In this document: positions 1 to 10,059 of the stretch, piece after piece | How the letters are laid out: each line of letters opens with the position of its first letter | How positions within the stretch are numbered: the stretch's first letter is position 1 | NCBI GenBank assembly: GCA_963664405.1 | Contig: OY761158.1 | Span: 5,024,001 to 5,088,000, forward strand | DNA from: Thermoanaerobaculia bacterium | Lineage (GTDB): Bacteria; Acidobacteriota; Thermoanaerobaculia; Multivoradales; Multivoraceae | Reading direction: 5' to 3' | Length of the DNA: 64,000 nucleotides | The notes under the pieces: generated by a model | The model's database searches: none | What the model saw: the letters and a program-made list of their open reading frames with translations, nothing else | Told to the model about the DNA's origin: nothing | Translations under genes and position numbers: made by a program

Positions 1-2
1 TG

Positions 3-1973
3 AGCGCGCACGACAGAGAGCTTGCAGCCGCTCAGAAACGATTCGAGTTGCTGGCAGACAAGGCGGAAGCCGAGCAGCGCAAATGGGAGCGCAAGCTCGC
101 CCAGGGCGGCCCCGTCGATTGGACGATGCCGGATCGCCGCCTCACCTACTTCACTCTCGACACCGAGGATGGTGAAGCCAGCGCCGTCGACGGGCGCGTT
201 CCGATCGAGGAGGGCGTCATTGGCCGCGCCGCCAGCTTCGACGGTAAGGGGTTCCTCGACGCCGGCGAGGTCGCCCACGTCGACTTCGAGGACAAGTTCA
301 CCCTCTCCGCCTGGGTCAAGCCCGAGCGCCTCGACGGCGCCATCCTTTCCAAGGCCCGCGATGTCGAGAGGGGCACCGGTTACGGCGTCTATCTCAAGAA
401 CGGCAAGGTGCAGGTAAACCTCGTCTGGCAATGGATCGAGAGATGCATCCGCATCGAAACACAAGAGCCGATTCCGCAAGGCGACTGGGCGCACGTGCTC
501 GTCACCTACGACGGCTCGCGCTTGGCCAAAGGCCTCAAGATCTACCTCGACGGACGCGAGGCGGAGCCCAACGTTCTTCACGACCAGATGACCCAGCACT
601 TCGCGACGAAGGAGCCCTTCCGCATCGGCGCCGGTAACGGACAGCGGTTCTACGGACTCATCGACGATGTGCGCGCCTACTCCTACCCGCTCTCGCCCGA
701 CGAAGTCGCGATTCTGGCCTCGTCCGCGCCGCTGAACGCGATCGCCGCACGCCCCGCCGCCGAGCGAAGCCGCGGCGAGCGCGACAAGCTGCGACTCGCG
801 TTTCTCCACCAGAATGCGCCGAAGAAGATCCGAGAGACCTGGGCAGACACCTTCGAGCTGAGAAAGCAACGCGACGCCATGGTCGATAGCTTTCCGACCG
901 TGATGGTGATGGCCGAGCGTCCGCAGCGCAAGCAGACACACGTCTTAGTGCGTGGCGCCTATGACGCCCCCGGCGAGGCGGTAGAGCCTGGTGTTCCCGC
1001 AGCGCTGCCGCCGCTGCCCACCGGCGCCTCCAACGACCGCCTCGGCCTCGCGCAGTGGCTGGTCGACCGCTCGAACCCGCTCACGTCGCGCGTCACCGTC
1101 AACCGCTTCTGGCAGATGTTCTTTGGCACCGGGCTGGTCAAGACGGCGGAGGATTTCGGCTCTCAGGGCGAGCCGCCGGCGAATCGGGAGCTCCTGGACT
1201 GGCTCGCGGTCGAGTTCGTCGACCAGGGTTGGGACACCAAAGGCATCGTCAAGACGATCGTCACCAGCGCAACGTATCGGCAGTCGTCAAAGGCGCGTCC
1301 CGAGCTACGGGTGAAAGACCCTGAGAACCGACTGCTTGCCCGTGGGCCGCGTTTCCGGCTCCCCGCGGAAGCGGTGCGTGACCAAGCGTTGGCCCTCGCC
1401 GGCCTGCTGGTCGAGAAGCAGGGCGGACCGTCGGTCAAGCCCTACCAGCCGGCGGGCTTGTGGACCGAGCTGGGTGGCACGAAGGGCTACGAAGTAGACT
1501 CCGGAGAAAACCTCTACCGTCGCAGCCTCTACACCTTCTGGAAACGCACCGTGCCGCCGCCCTCGATGCTGAGCTTCGACTCGGCCGGGCGTGAAGCGTG
1601 CACGGTTCGCGCCGTGCGCACCAACACGCCGCTGCAGGCGCTCAACCTGATGAACGACGTCGCATACCTGGAGATGTCGCGCAGATTGGCCGAGCGCATG
1701 ATTCGCGAAGGCGGCGAGAACGCTCAGGATCGCCTGGCGTGGGGCTTCCGCGCAGCGACGGCGAGACGGCCCGGCGAGGACGAGAGCGGCGTGCTCGCTT
1801 CCAGCCTGGCGCACTTCCGCGATCATTTCGCCTCCGACCCGGACGCCGCCGAGCGTTACCTGCGCCAAGGCGAAAGTCCCCGCGACCAATCGATTCCACC
1901 CACCGAGCTCGCCGCCTACACCTCGGTAGCCAGCCTCATCCTCAACCTGGACGAAACCATCACAAAGGAGTAG
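3..1973 (+). CDS. DUF1553 (PSD1) planctomycete-type protein with LamG-like domain; 5'-truncated by window edge
   Basis: Frame open from position 3. LamG-like FTLSAWVKP...W.HV.VTYDG...F.G.IDDVR; DUF1553 motifs NPLTSRVTVNRFWQ, RRSLYTFWKR, TNTPLQAL.LMND. Confidence 0.85.
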   Translation, partial: SAHDRELAAAQKRFELLADKAEAEQRKWERKLAQGGPVDWTMPDRRLTYFTLDTEDGEASAVDGRVPIEEGVIGRAASFDGKGFLDAGEVAHVDFEDKFTLSAWVKPERLDGAILSKARDVERGTGYGVYLKNGKVQVNLVWQWIERCIRIETQEPIPQGDWAHVLVTYDGSRLAKGLKIYLDGREAEPNVLHDQMTQHFATKEPFRIGAGNGQRFYGLIDDVRAYSYPLSPDEVAILASSAPLNAIAARPAAERSRGERDKLRLAFLHQNAPKKIRETWADTFELRKQRDAMVDSFPTVMVMAERPQRKQTHVLVRGAYDAPGEAVEPGVPAALPPLPTGASNDRLGLAQWLVDRSNPLTSRVTVNRFWQMFFGTGLVKTAEDFGSQGEPPANRELLDWLAVEFVDQGWDTKGIVKTIVTSATYRQSSKARPELRVKDPENRLLARGPRFRLPAEAVRDQALALAGLLVEKQGGPSVKPYQPAGLWTELGGTKGYEVDSGENLYRRSLYTFWKRTVPPPSMLSFDSAGREACTVRAVRTNTPLQALNLMNDVAYLEMSRRLAERMIREGGENAQDRLAWGFRAATARRPGEDESGVLASSLAHFRDHFASDPDAAERYLRQGESPRDQSIPPTELAAYTSVASLILNLDETITKE

Positions 1974-1991
1974 GTTCCAACGGAGCCCGCC

Positions 1992-3443
1992 ATGGATCCC
2001 CAACGCGAGACCATCCTCGGTATGACCCGTCGGCACTTCTTCGGCCGCGCGGCAACTGGAGCCGGCGCAGTGGCGATCGCTTCGCTCCTCGGCGACGACC
2101 TCAGCGCGGTCTCCGCGACCGGCGGCATTCCCGGTGTGCCGCACTTTGCCCCCAAGGCCAAGCGCGTGATCTACCTGTTCCAATCGGGTGGCCCGTCGCA
2201 GCTGGAGCTCTACGACTACAAGCCCGCGCTGGAGAGATTGGCTCGCACCGAGCTTCCCGACTCTATCCGCAAAGGGCAGCGTCTCACCGGGATGACGGCT
2301 GCACAGACGTCGTTCCCGGTGGCGCCGTCGCTCTTCGAGTTCGCGCAGCACGGCAGGTCGGGCGCTTGGATGAGCGAGCTCGTGCCGCATCTGGCGGAGA
2401 TCGCCGATGAGCTGTGCTTCATCAAGTCGATGCACACCGAGGCCATCAACCACGACCCGGCGTTGACTTTCTTCCAGACCGGCGCGCAGCTCGCCGGACG
2501 GCCGTCGATCGGCGCGTGGCTCTCCTACGGCCTCGGCACCGAGTCGAGCGAGCTGCCGGCCTTCGTGGTCATGACCTCGAAGGGGAGCGGCCAGCCCGAG
2601 GGCGGCCAGCCGCTCTACGATCGTCTGTGGGGCAGCGGCTTCCTAGCCGGCCGCTATCAGGGCGTCAAGTTCCGCTCCGCGGGCGACCCGGTGCTCTACC
2701 TCTCCAACCCGGATGGCTTCAGCTCGGCGGCCCGCCGACGCTACCTCGACGACCTCGCCAAGCTCAACCAGATCAAGCTCGAGGACACGGGCGATCCGGA
2801 GATCGAGACGCGCATCGCCCAATACGAGATGGCGTTTCGCATGCAGACGTCGGTGCCGGACTTGACCGACCTATCGTCCGAGCCCGACAGCGTCTTCGAC
2901 ATGTACGGCCCCGACGCGCGCAAGCCGGGAACCTACGCCGCCAACTGTCTGCTGGCGCGGCGCCTCGCCGAGCGCGGCGTGCGCTTCATCCAACTCTTCC
3001 ACCGCGGCTGGGACCAGCACGCCAAGCTGCCGGAAGAGATTTCGCTCCAGTCGCGCGACGTCGACCAACCCTCGGCGGCGCTGGTCAAGGATCTCAAGCA
3101 GCGAGGTCTGCTCGAGGACACCCTCGTCGTCTGGGGTGGAGAGTTCGGCCGCGCGGTCTACTCGCAGGGCAAGCTCACGGACACGGATTACGGCCGCGAC
3201 CACCATCCGCGCTGCTTCACGATCTGGATGGCCGGTGGCGGTGTCATGCCTGGCATCACCCACGGCGCAACGGACGACTACGGCTACAACATCACCGAGA
3301 ACCCGGTCCACGTCCACGATCTGCACGCCACCATGCTTCACCTGCTCGGCATCGACCACAAGAAGCTCACCTACAAGTATCAGGGTCGAAACCATCGCCT
3401 GACGGACGTCCACGGTGAGGTCGTAGAGTCGGTGCTGGCGTAG
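1992..3443 (+). CDS. DUF1501 family protein (Tat signal)
   Basis: TRRHFF signal; KAKRVIYLFQSGGPSQ, CLLARRLAERGVRF, GWDQH, WGGEFGR, GRDHHP; usual partner of DUF1553. Confidence 0.9.
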   Translation: MDPQRETILGMTRRHFFGRAATGAGAVAIASLLGDDLSAVSATGGIPGVPHFAPKAKRVIYLFQSGGPSQLELYDYKPALERLARTELPDSIRKGQRLTGMTAAQTSFPVAPSLFEFAQHGRSGAWMSELVPHLAEIADELCFIKSMHTEAINHDPALTFFQTGAQLAGRPSIGAWLSYGLGTESSELPAFVVMTSKGSGQPEGGQPLYDRLWGSGFLAGRYQGVKFRSAGDPVLYLSNPDGFSSAARRRYLDDLAKLNQIKLEDTGDPEIETRIAQYEMAFRMQTSVPDLTDLSSEPDSVFDMYGPDARKPGTYAANCLLARRLAERGVRFIQLFHRGWDQHAKLPEEISLQSRDVDQPSAALVKDLKQRGLLEDTLVVWGGEFGRAVYSQGKLTDTDYGRDHHPRCFTIWMAGGGVMPGITHGATDDYGYNITENPVHVHDLHATMLHLLGIDHKKLTYKYQGRNHRLTDVHGEVVESVLA

Positions 3444-3500
3444 TCGGGTATGATCCGGTGCCGACTCGACCCAACGAGGTTTCCTAAACGAGGTTGTCCT

Positions 3501-5003
3501 ATGAAAACGATTCTCTGCCTGTACGCATTCGTCTGCGCACGGTTGGTGCGCGCGATCCCTATCCTGGGGGTGGTCCTGGTGACGTTGGCCGTTGGCTGCA
3601 ATACGGCGACGCCCGACAAGACGGAGACTCCCGAGCCACGGCCGCCCAATGCTGGGCGCCCCAACATCGTTTTCATTTTTATCGACGACCTGGGCTGGGC
3701 CGACCTGCCAGTCTACGGCAACGCCTTCCACGAGACGCCCAACATCGACCGCTTGGCGGCACAGGGGTTGCGTTTTACCGATGCCTATGCGGCGGCACCG
3801 ATATGCTCCGCGACCCGCGCCAGCGTCCAGTCCGGGCAGTACCCGGCACGCGTCGGAGTCATCGACTTCATCCCCGGGCACTGGCGGCCCTACGAGCGCC
3901 TCACCGTGCCCAAGAACCGCACCCAGTACCTGCCCCTGGAGGTCGTGACTGTCGGCGAGGCGATGAAGATGCAGGGCTACGCGACTGGCTACTTCGGCAA
4001 ATGGCATCTCGGATCCTCACGAACGGGTACGACCCCTGCCGCGCAGGGCTATGATGTCTCGTTCTACCAGACAGGAAGGGGACACTTCGACCTCGCAGAA
4101 AAGCTCACCCCACCACAAGGCGTCGCGCCCGACGATTATTTTGCCGAGGTGATTACCGACCACGGCCTCGCGTTCATGGAGGCTCATCGGGACCAACCCT
4201 TCTTCCTCACCCTCTCTCACTACGCCGTTCACATCCCGCTCGAGGCCCGGCAGGCGCTCATCGAAAAGTACGAGAACAAGGAGAAGCCGGCGGAAGGCAT
4301 CAATCATCCCGTCTACGCGGCCATGATCGAGCATGTCGACGAGAGTGTCGGCCGGGTGCTCGACACGCTCGACGAGTTGGGGCTCTCGCAGAACACGCTT
4401 GTCATGTTCTATTCAGACAACGGAGGTCTCTCCGAGCGCTACGACAAGGCCGACGGAGTCGTCGTGACGACCAACGCACCCCTGCGCGACGAGAAAGGCA
4501 GCCCCTACGAGGGTGGCATCCGCGAGCCCCTGTTGGTCCGTTGGCCCGGCGTCGTCGCCCCGGGCACGACCTCCGACGCGCTGGTGACGAGTGTCGACCT
4601 CTTTCCTACCTTTGTCGACCTCGCCGGGGGGACGATGCCGGACGGGCAGACTTTCGATGGGATCAGCATGGCGCCCGTGCTGCGCGGCGCTGCGCCGGAT
4701 GCCGAGCGTGCTCTCTTCTTCCACTATCCGGTTTATCACCATTCCGTGCCGGCGGGCGCCATCCGACAGGGCGATTTCAAGCTGATCGAGTTCTTCGATG
4801 ACGGACACACGGAGCTGTACAACCTTCGCGAAGATATCGGAGAGGCCCATGACCTCGCCGCTGACCTGCCCGAAAAGACGGCCGCGATGCAGACCTTGCT
4901 TGCCGAATGGCGCGAACAGGTCGGTGCAGCGATGCCCGTCGCGAATCCGGATTTCGATGAAGCCCGCCGCAGCGAGTGGGGGCGACATCCCGACCTTCAG
5001 TAG
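3501..5003 (+). CDS. Arylsulfatase-like sulfatase (Cys-type), probable lipoprotein
   Basis: PNIVFIFIDDLG, CSATRAS (CxxxR), GKWHLG, SDNGG, KGSPYEGGIR; LAVGC lipobox. Confidence 0.9.
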   Translation: MKTILCLYAFVCARLVRAIPILGVVLVTLAVGCNTATPDKTETPEPRPPNAGRPNIVFIFIDDLGWADLPVYGNAFHETPNIDRLAAQGLRFTDAYAAAPICSATRASVQSGQYPARVGVIDFIPGHWRPYERLTVPKNRTQYLPLEVVTVGEAMKMQGYATGYFGKWHLGSSRTGTTPAAQGYDVSFYQTGRGHFDLAEKLTPPQGVAPDDYFAEVITDHGLAFMEAHRDQPFFLTLSHYAVHIPLEARQALIEKYENKEKPAEGINHPVYAAMIEHVDESVGRVLDTLDELGLSQNTLVMFYSDNGGLSERYDKADGVVVTTNAPLRDEKGSPYEGGIREPLLVRWPGVVAPGTTSDALVTSVDLFPTFVDLAGGTMPDGQTFDGISMAPVLRGAAPDAERALFFHYPVYHHSVPAGAIRQGDFKLIEFFDDGHTELYNLREDIGEAHDLAADLPEKTAAMQTLLAEWREQVGAAMPVANPDFDEARRSEWGRHPDLQ

Positions 5004-5061
5004 CGCGACCAGACCCGTTTCGACGCCCAAAGGTGCCACCCTGCCAAGGGGTGGAGACCCC

Positions 5062-5913
5062 GTGCCGGAAGTACGGCCTCGTCTGACAACGGTTCTCTCC
5101 CTCGTCTTGGGCTTCATGAGTCTCGGAGTGTGCGCCGTCGTCGTGTCGGCCGGCGCGCAAGAGCGAACCCGGATCAACAGAGTCATCGAAGCGCTGGAAG
5201 AGGGACGGCCGGCGATCGCCACTCAACACTGGCGCTTCATCGATATGGAGCATTCGCCGTTTTCGGCCGAGCGGCTGGAATCCATCCTGGCCGAAATGGA
5301 TGAGGACCGGGACGCCCGAGGCCGCATGAACCTGGCTCCTTTGGTGCGCATCCCGCAGGACGGCGACGAAGATTTCAGGTGGGCGGTCAAGCAGGTGTTG
5401 GATCTGGGAGCCCTCGGCGTCGTGCTGCCACACGTCGACACCAAGGACGAAGCGGTGCGGTTGGTGCGCGCGATGCGCTACCCACCGATGCGCGGCTCAA
5501 GCCAGCCCGAGCCGCGTGGGGAGCGGGGTTGGGGGCCTGGGAGAGCCGTCCGTTTGTGGGGCGTCGCGAATGCCAGCGAGTACCACAGCAAGGCTGATGT
5601 CTGGCCGCTCAATCCTGACGGGGAGCTCTTCGCCGTGGCCATTATCGAATCGGCCGAGGCCGTCAGGAATATTGCGGAGATCCTCGAAGCGCCGCTCAGC
5701 GCGGTCATGGTCGTTCCCGGAGATCTGAGCATCGACCTAGGCCTGGGGCCTCCTGGCGCGGATATCTACCCCGAAGTCGATGCCGCCTTTCGGAAGGTCC
5801 TCGAAGCGTGCCAGGCACAGGACACCGTTATTTGCGGATGTGGGGATGCTCGCAGCCGCATGCAGAGGCGCCTCGAGGAGGGGTGGAAGTTCTTTCTCCC
5901 ACTCGGCGGGTGA
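5062..5913 (+). CDS. HpcH/HpaI aldolase/citrate lyase family protein with signal peptide
   Basis: FIDMEH, PLVRIP, KQVLDLGA.GV.LPHV, AMRYPP, GERGWGP, IIES; GTG start after GGAG. Confidence 0.8.
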   Translation: MPEVRPRLTTVLSLVLGFMSLGVCAVVVSAGAQERTRINRVIEALEEGRPAIATQHWRFIDMEHSPFSAERLESILAEMDEDRDARGRMNLAPLVRIPQDGDEDFRWAVKQVLDLGALGVVLPHVDTKDEAVRLVRAMRYPPMRGSSQPEPRGERGWGPGRAVRLWGVANASEYHSKADVWPLNPDGELFAVAIIESAEAVRNIAEILEAPLSAVMVVPGDLSIDLGLGPPGADIYPEVDAAFRKVLEACQAQDTVICGCGDARSRMQRRLEEGWKFFLPLGG

Positions 5914-5931
5914 AGACCGTAACCCGCCCCG

Positions 5932-6137
5932 CAGCCTTCGGCTGTCGCAGGTGCCACCCGAATATTCGAGGGACGCGGGTTAGCACCCACCCAGCGATTC
6001 TGCGGGTGGCACCTTCATAGCTTCCGGGCGCTCAAGGTCCCAGCCTTTCCACACATTCCAAAAGAGTTAGCACCCCATGCGACCGAAGTGCCGTTTCCCG
6101 TCAATAAGAGGGTGGCACCTGTAACGGCCGAAGGCTG
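5932..6137. repeat. REP/MITE-like element, family A, with 28-bp terminal inverted repeats
   Basis: CAGCCTTCGGCTGTCGCAGGTGCCACCC (5932-5959) vs reverse complement of 6110-6137: 25/28 identical. Confidence 0.75.
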
Positions 6138-6404
6138 TTGGGGCTCGTCACCATCCTCGCCAAAGTCGATGAGAGCGTCAGCTTGTGGCGATCACGCAGC
6201 GAGCGCCGCAGGCCGGACGGCTCCTACCTCCAAGCCTACGACAAGACCACAGGCGCGCTGCTGGCCGAGGTCGAGGTCGACACCCATCTGCATGGCCAAC
6301 CCATGACCTACCTACACCAGGGTCGCCAGTACATTGCGGTCACCGGCGGCGGGACGGAAGACGAGAAGGCAGAGCTCGTCGTCTTCGCCCTTCCTCGACA
6401 GTGA
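6138..6404 (+). pseudogene. C-terminal fragment of a PQQ-dependent dehydrogenase
   Basis: LQAYDKTTG.LL.EV....HGQPMTYLHQGRQYIAV...LVVFALP resembles the C-terminus of 43819-45948; begins at the repeat end. Confidence 0.75.
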
Positions 6405-6431
6405 GCGCCGCGGGGCAGAGAAGAGCTCGGT

Positions 6432-7397
6432 TCAGAACATAGCGATCGGGTTTATTGGGCCACCGGTACCGCGGGCGACTTTGAGTGGCAGCGCCATGAA
6501 CATGAACGCATAGCGCTGCTCGTCGGCACATGCCTTCGCCAGCGGCTCGAGAAGCGCGTTGTCGAGGATCGCCACGCCGTAGTTGAAGAGCACGCCGTGC
6601 ATCGGGAAGGTCAAGCCATATTCATCGGGCCTGGCGTCGTGCAGGTCCCAACCGAGCAAGGCGACATCGTGATCGCGAAGGAACTTGGCACAGCTGACGT
6701 GCAAGCCCGGATCGTCGGCACCGAAGGTATTGCCGCGCCGGAGGAACTCCTCGCGGCCGCTGTAGACGAGGAGTGCGTCGCCCGGCTCGACTTCGACGCC
6801 CTGAGCACCCGCGATCTCGTCAAGCTCCCAACCATGAACCGGCCGCCTTCGGGTGACGTGCGGCTCGCCGCGGTGGCGGGGCACGTCGAGCAGCACACCG
6901 CGCGTGATGATGCCGTCGCTCCAGGCGGTGATGGCTCCAAAGTGGGCCCCGTTGGTATCGATCTCCTCGTCGGCATCACGCCCCTGCCACATACCATCCG
7001 CATCCCACATATGACACAGAGCGTCGATATGCGTCACCGACTTCTGGCCGTGATAGATGAAGCCCCAGTAATCGACAACGGCGCCGGCACCGCTCTCTCG
7101 ATCGCTCTTGCGTATGAAGTGCTGCTGGGGCTCGAAGACTCTACTCAGTGACACCGTTCGTCCGTTTGTGACCAGCGCCGCTGCTTCGGCGCGTTTCTTC
7201 GCGGTGATGAGATTGATCGCCCCCTTTTCGTCGTCCGCCCCCCACCGCCCCCAGTTGCGCCGCTCGGTATACCAGGCCTCGACCTCCTGTTGGGTCGGAC
7301 GGCGGCGCTGCGACGGTTGACCATGAGCAGGCGCGGCCAGTGCAGCGCTTCCCAGCGCCGCGCCGCCGGCTAGAAACTGTCGTCGCGTCGTGGTCAT
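6432..7397 (-). CDS. Cyclase family (kynurenine formamidase-like) metal hydrolase, Tat signal
   Basis: TTRRQFL; NWGRWGADDEKGAIN, THIDALCH, GIITRGVLLD, LEPLA..C, GTGGPINPIA. Confidence 0.85.
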   Translation of the reverse strand: MTTTRRQFLAGGAALGSAALAAPAHGQPSQRRRPTQQEVEAWYTERRNWGRWGADDEKGAINLITAKKRAEAAALVTNGRTVSLSRVFEPQQHFIRKSDRESGAGAVVDYWGFIYHGQKSVTHIDALCHMWDADGMWQGRDADEEIDTNGAHFGAITAWSDGIITRGVLLDVPRHRGEPHVTRRRPVHGWELDEIAGAQGVEVEPGDALLVYSGREEFLRRGNTFGADDPGLHVSCAKFLRDHDVALLGWDLHDARPDEYGLTFPMHGVLFNYGVAILDNALLEPLAKACADEQRYAFMFMALPLKVARGTGGPINPIAMF

Positions 7398-7538
7398 CGT
7401 GTTGCCTCCTGTTTTCTAATAGACGGATTCTAGTCCTCACTGGCAGGAGGCGGCGAAACCGTGAGTCCCTGTCCTTCCTCGGTTGGCTTCAAAGGAAGAA
7501 GGCGGGACCGGTTCACTGTTATGATCGCCGGAGTTACG

Positions 7539-8660
7539 ATGCAACGCGCTCGCCCATGGACACCTTCGCCGGCTCGTTCGGCACGAGAGGAACCCGCTAT
7601 ACGCTCGTCTTACTTGTTCCACAGTCCAGCCATCGTCGCCGTCGCCGCCAGCCTCGCGGTCTTGGTGCCCACGGCCCTCGTTGCCGGCGATGACATCCCG
7701 CGAACCCCCTCGGGTCGGCCGGATCTCAGCGGTACCTACGACGCGGCGACTCTGACTCCGCTCGAGCGACCCGAGAAGTACGGCGAGAATCTGTATATCA
7801 GCGTGGAGGCCGCCAAGGAGATTGCAGAGGCGGAGAGGATCCGGTATGAAGAAAGAGCGCAGGACAGCGATCCGCATCGGGAGGCACCACCCGAAGGCGC
7901 CAGCGTCGGCGGCTACAACTACTTCTGGCTCGATCGAGGGGTTGACTCGTTCGCGGTCGACGGCAAGTTCCGAACTTCGATCATCGTCGAACCGAAGAAC
8001 GGCCGCAGGCCGCCGCTGACAGAAGCGGGGCAGGCTTACGCAGACAAGCGAGCCGAGAGTCGCGACAAGTACACCGGTGAAGCCTGGTGGGTCGACCAGG
8101 ACGGTCCCGGGCCCTACGACAACATGGAGCAGCGCGGCCATCCCGAGCGGTGCATCCTGGGCTTCACCGGCACCACCCCCTCCTTCCCCAGCGGGTACAA
8201 CAACTACAAGCGCATCGTGCAGACAGAGGATCACATCATGATCCTGGTCGAGATGGTGCACGACGCTCGCTCGGTCAGGATGAACTCAGAGCATGCGCCT
8301 GCCAGCGTGCGCAAGTGGCTTGGCGATTCCATCGGTTGGTGGCAGGGCGACACCCTGGTGGTCGACACCACCGGCTTCCACCCCCGTTCTCATTCGTCGG
8401 CGTCGCGCTGGACCCGCGATACGGGCACAGAGAATCCGCACGTTGTCGAGCGATTCACTCGACTCGAGAACGGCGATCTGCTCTACCGCTTCACCGTCGA
8501 GGACGATGCGATCTGGACCGCGCCCTGGACCGGCGAGTACGTCTGGCGCGCAAGTGACGAGAAGGTCTACGAATACGCCTGCCACGAAGGCAACTACGCG
8601 CTCGGCAACATCATGCGCGGGGCTCGACTGATGGAACAGGATGCGTTGAATAGCCAATAG
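7539..8660 (+). CDS. Uncharacterised exported protein (YEYACHEGN family), paralog of 42671-43813
   Basis: IPRTPSGRPDLSG, GDSIGWWQGDTLVVDT, VERFT, YEYACHEGN; start uncertain. Confidence 0.75.
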   Translation: MQRARPWTPSPARSAREEPAIRSSYLFHSPAIVAVAASLAVLVPTALVAGDDIPRTPSGRPDLSGTYDAATLTPLERPEKYGENLYISVEAAKEIAEAERIRYEERAQDSDPHREAPPEGASVGGYNYFWLDRGVDSFAVDGKFRTSIIVEPKNGRRPPLTEAGQAYADKRAESRDKYTGEAWWVDQDGPGPYDNMEQRGHPERCILGFTGTTPSFPSGYNNYKRIVQTEDHIMILVEMVHDARSVRMNSEHAPASVRKWLGDSIGWWQGDTLVVDTTGFHPRSHSSASRWTRDTGTENPHVVERFTRLENGDLLYRFTVEDDAIWTAPWTGEYVWRASDEKVYEYACHEGNYALGNIMRGARLMEQDALNSQ

Positions 8661-8721
8661 CCGACGGGCGGCCCAGAGGTCACCGTCGTCAGAGGCGTCA
8701 TCGAGATCACCAAAGCCCCGG

Positions 8722-8889
8722 CAGCCTTCGGCTGCTAGGTGCCACCCGAATCTCTCAGGACTTGGCGGCGCTCAGAGGTGACTCCTCGGGTGGCATCCCG
8801 GCCCGCCGAAAGGGACCGTGGTTGTCAACTCTTCTTCGGGTTCTCCGCCCTCTCGAAGATGTTTCGGTTGGCACCCTGCCGGCGGAGGC
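8722..8889. repeat. REP/MITE-like element, family A (long form)
   Basis: CAGCCTTCGGCTGCTAGGTGCCACCCGAA...TTCGGTTGGCACC; homologous to 11355-11532. Confidence 0.75.
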
Positions 8890-8988
8890 ATCCGGGTCTC
8901 GCCGACTCGAGCGCGTCGGGTCGGCGACGCGGCCCCGCGCGGTGGCATAATCAAGCCCACGTTTCCATCGCACCGAGAGGACATCATC

Positions 8989-10005
8989 ATGAAGATCCCA
9001 GCGGTTTTGGGTACGGTCATCGTCGGCATCTTCTTGCTGGGCACGTCCGAATCGGCGACGGCCGCGTGCGAGCCCGATGGCGAGGTGACTTTTCTGTGCG
9101 GGCCGGTCAGCCCCGAAGATCTCGCGCCGGTGCCGCGGTCGCCGTGGGTCATCGTGTCGAGCATGGTGGATGAGGGGCACCTCTATGCGGCCGACACCCG
9201 TGACCACACCGCGACAGTGATCTTCCCGGCCGAGGGCTCCGAGCCACGACACGACACCGGGACCTACGGCGCCTGCCCCGGGCCGGTGTCCCGGCAGTTC
9301 AGGCCCCACGGGCTCTATCTCCGTCCTGGAGACGGGGATCGGCACACCCTGCTGGTCGTCGGCCACGGCGCGCGCGAGGCCATCGAGGTGTTCGAAGTCG
9401 ATATGCGTGGCGCGACACCGGCGCTCACCTGGATCGGGTGCGCCGTCGCCCCCGACCCACTGGCGTTGAATTCCGTCGTGGCGTTGCCCGAGGGCGGCTT
9501 TGCCGCGACGAGTCCCCGCACCGGTGACATCTGGGAGTGGAACCGCGAGGCCGGGTGGCGTCTCGTTCCCGGCAGTGAGGAGATCGGTCCGAACGGCCTC
9601 GAGATCTCGCGTGACGGTCGATGGTTCTATGTCGGTGGCTACGGCGCCAAGTCGTTGATCCGCTTGTCACGGGGACGGACACCGGTCGAGAAGGATGCCG
9701 TGGCCGTCGGGTTTCACATCGATAACGTCCGCTGGGGCCCCGGGGAGACGCTCCTGGCGGCGGGACACCTCGGGCCGACCCGGGCCGCGATCGGCGAGTG
9801 CATCCGCGATGGGCGGTGCGAAGGGGTGACGTCGCGGGTGTCACGGATCGACCTGCAAAGCTTCACCGCGGAAGAAGTCGTTCGATACCCCTCGAACGAT
9901 CGGCTGATCCTCGGCACCGTCGCCATTCAGGTCGGGTCAGAGATCTGGGTCGGCAGTGTCGCCGGCAGTGATCGGATTGCGCGATTCCCGGTCGCGAGAC
10001 CGTAG
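8989..10005 (+). CDS. SMP-30/paraoxonase-like six-bladed beta-propeller hydrolase, exported
   Basis: Signal peptide; PEDL, PHGL, GAREAIEVF, LNSVVALP, GPNGLEIS.DG, IDNVRW; GAGG RBS. Confidence 0.75.
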   Translation: MKIPAVLGTVIVGIFLLGTSESATAACEPDGEVTFLCGPVSPEDLAPVPRSPWVIVSSMVDEGHLYAADTRDHTATVIFPAEGSEPRHDTGTYGACPGPVSRQFRPHGLYLRPGDGDRHTLLVVGHGAREAIEVFEVDMRGATPALTWIGCAVAPDPLALNSVVALPEGGFAATSPRTGDIWEWNREAGWRLVPGSEEIGPNGLEISRDGRWFYVGGYGAKSLIRLSRGRTPVEKDAVAVGFHIDNVRWGPGETLLAAGHLGPTRAAIGECIRDGRCEGVTSRVSRIDLQSFTAEEVVRYPSNDRLILGTVAIQVGSEIWVGSVAGSDRIARFPVARP

Positions 10006-10059
10006 TCGACTAGTGCTAGTGTGCTGTAACACTCGATCGTTTAGTGACTGAGCGAGACT